A stretch of 33,763 bases of DNA from an uncultured Anaerolineaceae bacterium (GCA_964452125.1 CAYVLO010000002.1:1-33763), one strand, 5' to 3'. Positions 18,419 to 26,031 are shown, counted from the stretch's first letter. Made by a program: numbers and translations. The notes: a model not told the origin generated them from the sequence alone.

Positions 18419-18639
18419 GTGATGACCGGGACTCTGTCCATCGAGTCGGGCGTGGAACTCGAGCCGCACTGCCACGGGGCGATACTGTGCGCAGGTGATT
18501 GTCCTCGGCCCGCTTGTACTCACCCTCACCGTATGCTATCAGACGCAATTGATAACGGGTTTAGCCTGACCACATGCTTTGATCTGACGGGGAGGGCCAT
18601 GTGACTATCAATGTCTGCTCGTCAGTGACGGCTACGCCT

Positions 18640-18668
18640 TTGCTTCCCGGCGGCTTCTCGGGTATAAT
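18640..18668 (+). promoter_or_regulatory. promoter TTGCTT-17-TATAAT of the second PIN module
   Basis: TTGCTT at 18640-18645, 17-nt spacer, TATAAT at 18663-18668. Confidence 0.6.
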
Positions 18669-18715
18669 GTTATTGTGGGCCATTGGTCACCAGCCAAACA
18701 GGCAGGAGAGGAAAG

Positions 18716-19165
18716 GTGCCAACGCTCTACCTCGACATGAACATCTACAAGCGGCCGTTTGATAACCAGCGCCAGATGCGCATCCGCTTGGAGACCGTCG
18801 CAATCACGATGATCTTTGCCTTGATCGATGATGGTCAACTCTCTGCCCGTTGGTCCTTTGTGCTGGACTACGAGAACAGTCGCGATCCTGTCCCGCAGCG
18901 CCGGGAGTTCGTACAGTACCTGTCGCGGTGCTGCGAGACCACCATCGCACCTGATGAATCCATCAGGAAGTTGGCGCGACATCTGTCCGAGACATATCAG
19001 ATTCGAGGTCGAGATGCACTGCACTTGGCCATCGCCGAGACATCTGGTTGCGATTACCTGGTCACGTGTGACGATAGGCTAGTGCGGCAGGGAGAACGCG
19101 TACGGGAACAGGGAGTGATAAGTGTGCACCTGATCAACCCTGTGGATTTCGTGCAGGAGGAGTGA
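18716..19165 (+). CDS. PIN-domain protein (second, distinct VapC-like toxin family)
   Basis: SD AGGAG at 18704-18708 and GTG at 18716. LYLDMNIYKRPFDNQ, RGRDALHLAIAE and DYLVTCDDRLV supply the PIN acidic residues. Confidence 0.75.
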   Translation: MPTLYLDMNIYKRPFDNQRQMRIRLETVAITMIFALIDDGQLSARWSFVLDYENSRDPVPQRREFVQYLSRCCETTIAPDESIRKLARHLSETYQIRGRDALHLAIAETSGCDYLVTCDDRLVRQGERVREQGVISVHLINPVDFVQEE

Positions 19166-19166
19166 G

Positions 19167-19394
19167 ATGACAGTGGCTGAGCAGCAGTTCGCTCGTACTG
19201 AAATGGCCTTAAGGCAGACTGGCTACATGGCTTTGATACAGTCTCTTGGGTACGCTGACGCGATCCGATTCTTGGTGGAACTGAGTCCCGGGGAGGGAGA
19301 CTATCTGGAATGGCAGGATCGCCTCTTTGGCGATGCGAGTGTAGACGAGCTCTACGAGCAGGCCCAGAAGCACTGGAGGCACTCTCAGGAATAG
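19167..19394 (+). CDS. 75-aa hypothetical protein, translationally coupled to the upstream PIN gene (candidate cognate antitoxin)
   Basis: SD GGAGGAG overlaps the PIN stop. The ATG is 1 nt after the TGA. Followed by a terminator at 19431-19470. I recognise no motif in it. Confidence 0.55.
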   Translation: MTVAEQQFARTEMALRQTGYMALIQSLGYADAIRFLVELSPGEGDYLEWQDRLFGDASVDELYEQAQKHWRHSQE

Positions 19395-19430
19395 GTTTCG
19401 CCAACCGCATACTGGTGCCTGTCGCAACGC

Positions 19431-19470
19431 CGAGGGGTGGGAACTGAATTCCTGCCCCTCGCTTCGTTTT
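19431..19470 (+). terminator. intrinsic terminator after the PIN + 75-aa operon
   Basis: CGAGGGGTGGGAA (19431-19443) pairs with TTCCTGCCCCTCG (19449-19461), including two G-U wobbles. Followed by CTTCGTTTTCTC. Confidence 0.65.
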
Positions 19471-19500
19471 CTCTACGTTGCGAGCGCAGGCGGCGGCCGT

Positions 19501-19529
19501 TTGGCGCAGTTGCGGAGGTATGCTATACT
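19501..19529 (+). promoter_or_regulatory. promoter TTGGCG-17-TATACT for gene 19563-20234
   Basis: TTGGCG at 19501-19506, 17-nt spacer, TATACT at 19524-19529. Confidence 0.55.
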
Positions 19530-19562
19530 CTGCCCACAACCTGAACAGAGGATCGTAAAGCG

Positions 19563-20234
19563 GTGAGACCCATAGGGATTGTCTTGAAACTGCTGTATCG
19601 GCTGCAGAATCATCATTGGGCGGGGTGGCCCCTGTCGCGTTGGGTAGGCTTTATGCTGGTGGCGGGGGGGCTGGCCGCGTTGATCGCCCGTTGGCCGCGG
19701 ATCGAGCTGGCCCTGCTCCTGGGGTTGGCCTGGCTGCTGTATGTCCTCCTGTTAGCCTGGGCGGGACGGCGCCGTTTTGCCCACTTTGTGCCCCTTGCTC
19801 AGAGCGACGTCCCTCCCGAACCGGGCCTGCCCCCCCTGGACAAGGCCGAACGGGTGCCGATCCGCGCCTGCGGTTGGTTCAGCGTGCAGGGCAAGGAGCG
19901 GCGCCTGGCCGACATCGAGGCAGACTATGAATCGGTGGGGACGCGGGAACACATCATCCTGGGCCGCTTGCGCCCCTCTCGTTTTCTGGGACTGGGACGG
20001 TGGCCCGCAGAAGAGCTCGGTTGGTGGTACATCTTTTTTCAGCCGGCCATGATCCGGCGCCTGCGGGTGGGCCATCTCTGCTTTGGCGCGCGGCCGCGCC
20101 TGGCCTTGCAGGTGGTCTATGCGGTCGATGAGGAAAAGCAGGAAACCGTCCACCTGATTTTTGAGGACGCGCAGACGCTGCACCGGGTGTGGAACGATCT
20201 GGTCAAGGATGCGCCGCCGGGAGCGGCAGGCTGA
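19563..20234 (+). CDS. hypothetical membrane protein (two or three N-terminal TM helices plus a soluble domain of about 140 aa)
   Basis: GTG start. Hydrophobic segments WVGFMLVAGGLAALIA and ELALLLGLAWLLYVLLLAWA. Has its own promoter and a terminator at 20259-20295. No recognisable catalytic motif. Confidence 0.55.
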   Translation: MRPIGIVLKLLYRLQNHHWAGWPLSRWVGFMLVAGGLAALIARWPRIELALLLGLAWLLYVLLLAWAGRRRFAHFVPLAQSDVPPEPGLPPLDKAERVPIRACGWFSVQGKERRLADIEADYESVGTREHIILGRLRPSRFLGLGRWPAEELGWWYIFFQPAMIRRLRVGHLCFGARPRLALQVVYAVDEEKQETVHLIFEDAQTLHRVWNDLVKDAPPGAAG

Positions 20235-20258
20235 GGGCGCGCATCTCTTGGATAGCAA

Positions 20259-20295
20259 CAAGCCCCTGCCAGGTGGACAGGGACTTGTGATTTTT
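20259..20295 (+). terminator. intrinsic terminator after gene 19563-20234
   Basis: CAAGCCCCTG (20259-20268) pairs with CAGGGACTTG (20278-20287) with one mismatch. Followed by TGATTTTT. Confidence 0.55.
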
Positions 20296-20316
20296 GGCGA
20301 CAGATACTGTGGGGCG

Positions 20317-20919
20317 TTAGAGCAGGCTTTGCTGTTGCGTTTGGTGAGCGAGGATGATGGCCTCGGCCACTTCTTTCATCGGCTTGCGCGTGTTCATGCT
20401 CATCTTTTGAATCATGCGAAAGGCCTCGGCTTCTGTCAGGTTCTGGGTATCGGTGAGGATACCCTTGGCCCGGTCGACGAACTTGCGGGTCTCGAGAGCC
20501 TCGCGCAGATCGCCCACCTGTTTTTCCATGGCCTCGAACTCGCGGAAGCGGGCCAGCGCCACCTCAATGGCCGGGATCAGGTCCGATTCGCGGAACGGTT
20601 TCACCAGGTAGCCGACCACCCCGGCTTCGCGGGCGCGGACCACCAGCTCTCGCTGGCTATAGGCCGTCAGGAGCAACACGGGGGCGATGCGCTCTTCGGT
20701 GAGCATGCGAGCCGCGTCGATGCCGTCAAATTCCTCCCCCTCGAATTTGATGTCCATGATGACGACGTCGGGCTTGAGTTCGCGGGCCAGGTTCACGGCA
20801 CTGCGCCCGTCCCCCACCTCGCCGATCACCAGATACCCCAGATTGTTTAGCATCTCTCGCAAATCCATGCGAATAATCGACTCGTCGTCTGCAATGACCA
20901 CTCGTGTTCGCTCTGCCAT
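20317..20919 (-). CDS. response regulator with a C-terminal ANTAR RNA-binding domain (PdtaR/AmiR-type antiterminator)
   Basis: Receiver domain VVIADDESIIRMDL...VVIMDIKF. ANTAR segment LETRKFVDRAKGILTDTQNLTEAEAFRMIQKMSMNTRKPMKEVAEAII. Its ATG overlaps the kinase stop (TAATG). Confidence 0.85.
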   Translation of the reverse strand: MAERTRVVIADDESIIRMDLREMLNNLGYLVIGEVGDGRSAVNLARELKPDVVIMDIKFEGEEFDGIDAARMLTEERIAPVLLLTAYSQRELVVRAREAGVVGYLVKPFRESDLIPAIEVALARFREFEAMEKQVGDLREALETRKFVDRAKGILTDTQNLTEAEAFRMIQKMSMNTRKPMKEVAEAIILAHQTQQQSLL

Positions 20920-22409
20920 TACCTACCTCCTTGGGTCTGTTTGGGAAAAGTCACGACTGCTGAGACCCCTTTGTCTCTTCCAATCAACTCGAACTTGCCT
21001 TTCAAATCGCCTTCGGCCAGGGCCTTGACGATCTGCAACCCCAGGCTACCGGTGCGCGCCAGGTCAAACTCTTCGGGTAACCCAATGCCGTCGTCGTCCA
21101 CCGAGATGGTGATGTACTCGCCATTGTCCTTGATGTTCACAGTGACAGTGCCGCCCTCTTGCCGCTCGTAGCCATGCTCCAGGGCGTTCTGCAGCAACTC
21201 GTTGATCGTGAGGGCGCAGACGGTGGCGGGTTGGGTGGGCAAATAGATATTCGGTCCCCGAAGCTCGAGGCGAATGCTTTTCTCGCGATCCAGAATCCCT
21301 TCCTGGATTTGATGAATAATCCGTTGGCTGACATCCCGGATGTTGATGACGCGGGCATCCTGATGGGCCAGGAATTCGTGAATGACGGCCACGCTCAGGA
21401 TGCGATTGATGCCTTCTTGTAAAGCGCGCTTGGTTTCCTCCGACTCGACGCGGCGCGATTGCAGGCGCAGCAGCGAAGCGATGGTCTGCATATTGTTCTT
21501 GACCCGGTGATGGATCTCTTGGATCATGGCTGCCTTGACCCGCAGTTCTTCACCCTGGCGGCGTGCGTCGGTCGCGTCGTGGATGGTGAGCAGCAGCCCC
21601 GCCAATTGCGGAGATGTCCGGCGGTTAGGCAGGAGTCGTTCGATGCCCTTGCTCGATGAGTACAGGGGAATGGCCCTTTTGATCCAGACAAGCCCGCCAG
21701 CCTGGGACTCGCTCTCGACGCAGCGCTCCTCTTCCAGGGCCCTCGTCACCAGTTCGTTATCGTCCATCTCGAGATCGTGGATGTGGCGCTTGAGCAGGTC
21801 GCCGGCATAGCCCAATTTGCGGTAGAGATTGGTGGCGATGCCGCTGAGGTACTGAATGCGAAGCTGGTCATCGAGCACGAGGATGCCGTCATGTTCGGCA
21901 AAGGGCGACAGATCGCTCGCGCCCTGGAGCTGACCGCTCACGATCGTTGCTTGGAGCTGCTTGAGGGCCCGCTGAAAGACCTTACTGCGGCGCCGGTGGC
22001 GTTCGCGCTCGATCAGGATGGTCTCGATAGAAATGGCTGCGATGATGCGGTTATCGCTGGCGCGGATGGGAAAAATCTGCTGCATAATGGGGGCGCCGTG
22101 CACAGGCAGCCCCGAGCTTCCGCGGCGCACCTCTGCCATGCCCCGGCGGCCCTCGGTCAGGGCTCGTAGCACGCCGGGTTCCTCGTAGGGGCCGACTTCG
22201 CGCCCGACGAGGGTCTCTTCATGGATGGGAAGGATCGAATGGGGGCTTGCCTGAGAGATGATAACCGCCCGGTCTGCCGACAGGGGGCAATACATGAGGA
22301 CATCTGCCCGACTTAGATCGGCCAGGATCCCCAGGTCGCCCTCGATCTTTTCCAGAAAGAGGATATCGTTTTCTGTCAGACGGTCACAACTGTGAACGAC
22401 GGTGTCCAT
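20919..22409 (-). CDS. cytoplasmic sensor histidine kinase, HisKA_2/PdtaS-like, with N-terminal GAF/PAS-type sensor domains
   Basis: H-box EIHHRVKNNMQTIASLLRLQ. N-box ELLQNALEHG. DDGIGLP and GSLGLQIV motifs. No TM segments. The ORF-track extension to 22604 overlaps tRNA-Pro, so the start is set at the ATG at 22409. The exact start is uncertain. Confidence 0.8.
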   Translation of the reverse strand: MDTVVHSCDRLTENDILFLEKIEGDLGILADLSRADVLMYCPLSADRAVIISQASPHSILPIHEETLVGREVGPYEEPGVLRALTEGRRGMAEVRRGSSGLPVHGAPIMQQIFPIRASDNRIIAAISIETILIERERHRRRSKVFQRALKQLQATIVSGQLQGASDLSPFAEHDGILVLDDQLRIQYLSGIATNLYRKLGYAGDLLKRHIHDLEMDDNELVTRALEEERCVESESQAGGLVWIKRAIPLYSSSKGIERLLPNRRTSPQLAGLLLTIHDATDARRQGEELRVKAAMIQEIHHRVKNNMQTIASLLRLQSRRVESEETKRALQEGINRILSVAVIHEFLAHQDARVINIRDVSQRIIHQIQEGILDREKSIRLELRGPNIYLPTQPATVCALTINELLQNALEHGYERQEGGTVTVNIKDNGEYITISVDDDGIGLPEEFDLARTGSLGLQIVKALAEGDLKGKFELIGRDKGVSAVVTFPKQTQGGR

Positions 22410-22559
22410 CCCCTTCTCAGCTCTGAGAATGCGCCAGCCAGGCCTCGTCCAAGACGAATCCGCGTGCATGCTCTGGTGCGTGATGGCGACTCTCCAACCC
22501 TTGCCACTTTGGTTGCATAAACGAATGGTCGATAGCGGTACGCCATCGACCATCGCCTC

Positions 22560-22636
22560 TGGTCGGGGCGGCCCGATTTGAACGGGCGGCCACTTGAACC
22601 CCATTCAAGTGCGCTACCGGACTGCGCTACGCCCCG
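22560..22636 (-). tRNA. tRNA-Pro (anticodon GGG), CCA encoded
   Basis: The reverse complement folds by hand as a 77-nt cloverleaf. Acceptor CGGGGCG/CGCCCCG. D stem GCGC/GCGC. Anticodon stem CTTGA/TCAAG with loop AUGGGGU (U33, GGG, G37). T arm GCCCG-TTCAAAT-CGGGC. Discriminator A, then CCA. Confidence 0.9.
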
Positions 22637-22829
22637 ATGTCAGTTACAAAGCGGAGCCATTGTAACAGATGCAGCCCCATTTGTCAAACTCGCAGCAAGC
22701 CACTGCCTTGCCCGCTATAGACCGCGATCGTCGCTGCGGGCGAGGCATTCCAGGGGATCCTTTAGCCAGGGCGCCACTTTTGCCGGAATGCCGCACCCCT
22801 ACCATACGCACCTGGGATGAAATTTGTAG

Positions 22830-22849
22830 GGGCGCGGCATGCCGCGCCC
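22830..22849. repeat. REP-like perfect palindrome GGGCGCGGCATGCCGCGCCC
   Basis: 20-bp perfect palindrome preceded by GTAG, downstream of the FAH gene stop. A second hairpin, GGGCATG-CTACAC-CATGCCC, lies at 22858-22877. Confidence 0.8.
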
Positions 22850-22904
22850 AAAGCCCAGGGCATGCTACACCATGCCCGATAGAACGGCGCTGTGTGGGTC
22901 TGAT

Positions 22905-23756
22905 TTACGGTTCGACAGAGCACACGTTGCGCAAGCGACCGATGCCCTCGATTTCGCACTCGACGACGTCGCCATCGCCGAGGAACACCTGCGGGTTGCG
23001 GGCTGCACCGATGCCGTGGGGTGTGCCGGTCAGGATGAGGTCGCCGGGCAGGAGGGTAAAGGCCTGGGAGAGAAACGAGATGAGGTGGGCCACGCCAAAG
23101 ATCATCTCGCGGGTGGTTGAGTCCTGCATCGGCACACCGTTCACCCGGCAGCATAGAGCAAGATTCTGGGGATCGGGGATCTCGTCGGTGGTGACGATGG
23201 CCGGACCCAGGGGGCAAAAGGTGTCCAATGACTTGCCGCGCACCCACTGCCCATCCCCATGCTGGATCTCTCGGGCGCTGACATCATTGGCTACCGTATA
23301 GCCCAGCACGGTCGCCAGGGCCTCTTTTTCTGCCACGCGGCGGGCCGCCTTGCCCATGACGATGGCGAGTTCGACCTCCCAATCGACCATCTGGGTCAGA
23401 GCGGTGCGCCACCGAATCGGATCGCCTGGCCCGATGATGGTCGAAGGGAACTTGGCAAAGGCAATGGGGTAGCGGGGAACCGGATGTCCGGTTTCGCGGC
23501 AGTGGTCGTAATAGTTCAGGCCGATGGCCACGATCTTGCGCGGATTCTGGAGCGGCGCAGCCAGGCGGACGTCTGTCAGCGGGAAGGTTGGGGCGTTGCG
23601 GCGGTCGATCAGGGCCTGCAATGCATCGGGGGAAGCCTCCCCCCGCTGAATCCAGGCGTCCAGGGTGGGGGCCAGGGCGGTCGCGCCATAGACCCGCTCG
23701 CCTTTTTGTACGCCCCACAGGGATTCTCCATTGTGTACAAAGCTTAACAATCGCAT
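22905..23756 (-). CDS. fumarylacetoacetate hydrolase (FAH) family protein
   Basis: MRLLSF start with SD AAGGAG. Blocks KIVAIGLNYYDHCRE, WEVELAIVMGK and PGDLILTGTPHGIG are typical of FAH/2-keto-4-pentenoate hydratase-like enzymes. Confidence 0.85.
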   Translation of the reverse strand: MRLLSFVHNGESLWGVQKGERVYGATALAPTLDAWIQRGEASPDALQALIDRRNAPTFPLTDVRLAAPLQNPRKIVAIGLNYYDHCRETGHPVPRYPIAFAKFPSTIIGPGDPIRWRTALTQMVDWEVELAIVMGKAARRVAEKEALATVLGYTVANDVSAREIQHGDGQWVRGKSLDTFCPLGPAIVTTDEIPDPQNLALCCRVNGVPMQDSTTREMIFGVAHLISFLSQAFTLLPGDLILTGTPHGIGAARNPQVFLGDGDVVECEIEGIGRLRNVCSVEP

Positions 23757-23827
23757 GCTGGATCTCCTTTTGTCTATAGCCGGCGGTTGCCAGGCAAGGC
23801 TGCCCTTGCGAGGTAGCCTGGGAGGCA

Positions 23828-23856
23828 ATCATAGCCGAAGGGTGCGAGAAACGCAA
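23828..23856 (-). promoter_or_regulatory. promoter TTGCGT-17-TATGAT for the FAH-family gene
   Basis: The reverse complement of 23828-23856 has -35 TTGCGT (23851-23856) and -10 TATGAT (23828-23833) with a 17-nt spacer. Confidence 0.5.
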
Positions 23857-24156
23857 ACGGGCCAGGCGCTGGAGCCTGGGCCAATGGGCTGGCCAGGCTC
23901 CGCACAACGAGACAGGGCGGGGAGGCCTGCTAGGCGTTAAGGCCACCCCTGTGGACGGGGGTGGCAGGCAAAAGCAAATTTTTGCGCGGAGGATGAATTG
24001 GTTTTCGGTGGACCCCTTTGCGCGGGGGTGACGTAATGGGCGCAGGTCACGGGCAGGCGGTGGCTGGGACGTCGTCCGCCGGGACGTCCTCTAGAGCCCT
24101 TGCAGCCGAGCGCTCCAGCGAGGGCATCCTCGGTTGCAAGGGCTGGCGCTTGCCAC

Positions 24157-24184
24157 GTACGGGCGAGGCATGCCTCGCCCGTAC
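24157..24184. repeat. REP-like 28-bp perfect palindrome GTACGGGCGAGGCATGCCTCGCCCGTAC
   Basis: Perfect palindrome centred at 24170/24171. Its core, 24161-24180, matches the GGGCGnnGCATGCnnCGCCC family. Confidence 0.85.
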
Positions 24185-24324
24185 CCAAGTTGCCTATTGG
24201 CGCAATGCCCCTGATGCTCTGCCCCCGATGCTCGCCGCCCCCATCTCGGGGGCGGCTTTCATTCCTGTCAGACCTCCTGGGCTGGGAGCGCGACGTGCTT
24301 TCCGAGGGTCTGTCGCCCCGTCGC

Positions 24325-26031
24325 TCAGGGCCTCACGACCGTCTGATCGGACAGGTCTACCTCGACAGTCTGCATGCCCGCTCGTTCGTGTCGGGCCGTC
24401 ATGCGGACCCGTCCCCCCTTTGGGGCGTGCACGACCCATTCCACCTTGGCCCGATCGTCGCTCGGGTCGCTGATGGTAAAGCCGACCGCTGCCGGGGGTT
24501 TGTACGCGCGGCCTTCCAACTGCCCGCCATCGACGCGCGGCTCCCCGGCTTCGAGGGTGGCCCCTTCGGGCAGTTCGATCTCAAAGATGACACCGCGCAC
24601 CAGCTTTTTCTCCAACGCCCGTTTGGTGACATAGCTGGGCAGCCAGCCCGTGTTGTGCACCACCAGGCGCAGGTGATAGGTGTCTTGGCCCATCGGTCGG
24701 GCCGTCACCTGGTAGATTTCCAGCCGGGGCGAGATGAGCAGGTGCCACACCAGCCAGTCGGCAAAGGGGGCAATCTCGGCCTCCAGAAACTGGGGCGGTG
24801 GATTGCGAAAAGCATACTGCGAGTTCCATCCGCCCAGCTCGATGGCGCCCAACTGGGGGTGTTGGTAGGGATACCAGTCGATGTATCCCTTGCCCTCCAG
24901 AACCTCGTCGCTCCAGCGAAGAAGCGCCAGGTCGTCTTCCAACGGGTGCTCCCGGTACCAGTCCATGTACTTGTACTCTTTGATCCCCGCCTGGCGCTGG
25001 GGGCTCCAGATCTCGACGGTCCAGGCAAACATCCCCAGGTGATCGTACAGCCAATCGTCAAACCCACCGGTGGTCACCTCCCCGGGATGGTAGAGGAACT
25101 CGTGATAGGTCGACACGGCGGGGTAGCCGGTCAGATCCGTGCCCTTTTTGCCGATGGTCTGAAAGGTCCACAGGTCGTGGGCGGGCATTTCCTTGTCGTC
25201 CCGGTCGGACAGGGGCCGCAGCAACACCCCACTCCAGGTGTGAAAGGCGACCCCGCCGGTGATGTTGGGGTGCTGGGTGATAAAGCGAGCCAGGGCCATC
25301 GCCTCGGGTTCCGATGTGGGGTAGGGACCGGCGCCCTCCTGCTGATACTCCTGGCGCCAATTCACCGGAAAGTTGCGGTTCAGATCCAACCCCTCTTTGT
25401 TGGGCTGGAGGTGGAGGGTCACCCCGTCATAGTTCTCCAGGCGTCCCTCGGGAAAGAGGCGGTAATAGGTCCCGCCTGTTTCGATGGGATCGCGGCGCAC
25501 CAACAGCCGCGGCTCGTCGGGGCTTACCTTCCACGGGCCGTTGAGATCGGGGATGCGCATCATCAACATCCGCCCGTCGCCGTCCATGTCCTCGCGCACC
25601 AGGCCGTCGATGGGCTCCTCGTCGTAGGGGTAGGGACGGGTGCTGGAGCGCAGAATGCGCGGTTTATCGGCCAGGGCCAACTCGGCGCCGTCGGGGTTGA
25701 CCCGGGGGCAGATGTAAAAAGCCCTCGTGTCGAGGCAGCGGGTCACGTCGGGGTCCGAGCCGTAGCTGGTGACCAGATGGCGGATGAGGTACAGGCAGGC
25801 GCTGGAGGGCGAGATTTCGCTGGCGTGAATGTTGCCGTCGACCCACAGCGCGGGCTTGGTTTGATCCTCGCCGGTGGCTGTGTGGGTCACTGTCGCCAGC
25901 CAGATGTCGCGGCCTTCGTAGCTGTGGCCGATGCTCTCCAGGCGAACGAGTTGCGGATATTCGGCGGCAAACCCCTTCAGGATGGCGGTCAGCTCGTCGT
26001 AACGGTAGTAGGTGTCAAAGCGAACGTCCAT
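24325..26031 (-). CDS. M14-family zinc carboxypeptidase (cytoplasmic; no signal peptide seen)
   Basis: MDVRFDTYYRYDELTAILKGFAAEYPQLVRLESIGHSYEGRDIW N-terminus. Zinc motif NIHASE (HxxE). SD AAGGAG before the ATG at 26031. Confidence 0.82.
   Translation of the reverse strand: MDVRFDTYYRYDELTAILKGFAAEYPQLVRLESIGHSYEGRDIWLATVTHTATGEDQTKPALWVDGNIHASEISPSSACLYLIRHLVTSYGSDPDVTRCLDTRAFYICPRVNPDGAELALADKPRILRSSTRPYPYDEEPIDGLVREDMDGDGRMLMMRIPDLNGPWKVSPDEPRLLVRRDPIETGGTYYRLFPEGRLENYDGVTLHLQPNKEGLDLNRNFPVNWRQEYQQEGAGPYPTSEPEAMALARFITQHPNITGGVAFHTWSGVLLRPLSDRDDKEMPAHDLWTFQTIGKKGTDLTGYPAVSTYHEFLYHPGEVTTGGFDDWLYDHLGMFAWTVEIWSPQRQAGIKEYKYMDWYREHPLEDDLALLRWSDEVLEGKGYIDWYPYQHPQLGAIELGGWNSQYAFRNPPPQFLEAEIAPFADWLVWHLLISPRLEIYQVTARPMGQDTYHLRLVVHNTGWLPSYVTKRALEKKLVRGVIFEIELPEGATLEAGEPRVDGGQLEGRAYKPPAAVGFTISDPSDDRAKVEWVVHAPKGGRVRMTARHERAGMQTVEVDLSDQTVVRP

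Noticed and set aside
18419-18604. 61-aa Cys/His-rich ORF (HCHGAILCAGDCPRPACTHPH) right after the first PIN gene. Considered as a third TA component or a zinc-ribbon peptide.
   Set aside because: It has no usable SD (the nearest GGAG is 15 nt upstream). Third-position GC falls in the second half of the ORF. No known small-protein pattern fits. Kept only as a very weak possibility.
17475-22559. tRNA-Pro-anchored genomic island covering the TA modules and the PdtaSR-like genes.
   Set aside because: I found no direct repeat of the tRNA 3' end (TGGTCGGGGCGGCCCGATTTGAA or its complement) elsewhere in the window. No integrase or recombinase gene is present.
22417-22608. 63-aa ORF, and the N-terminal 65 codons of ORF 20919-22604.
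   Set aside because: They overlap the tRNA-Pro gene (22560-22636) and its downstream hairpin.
23937-24188. 83-aa ORF (and 24018-24473) in the M14-FAH spacer, with GEACLART-type peptides.
   Set aside because: The peptide motif is simply the translation of the GC-rich palindromes. The same motif appears in both strands and frames at other repeat copies (8897-9127 and 8963-9181).
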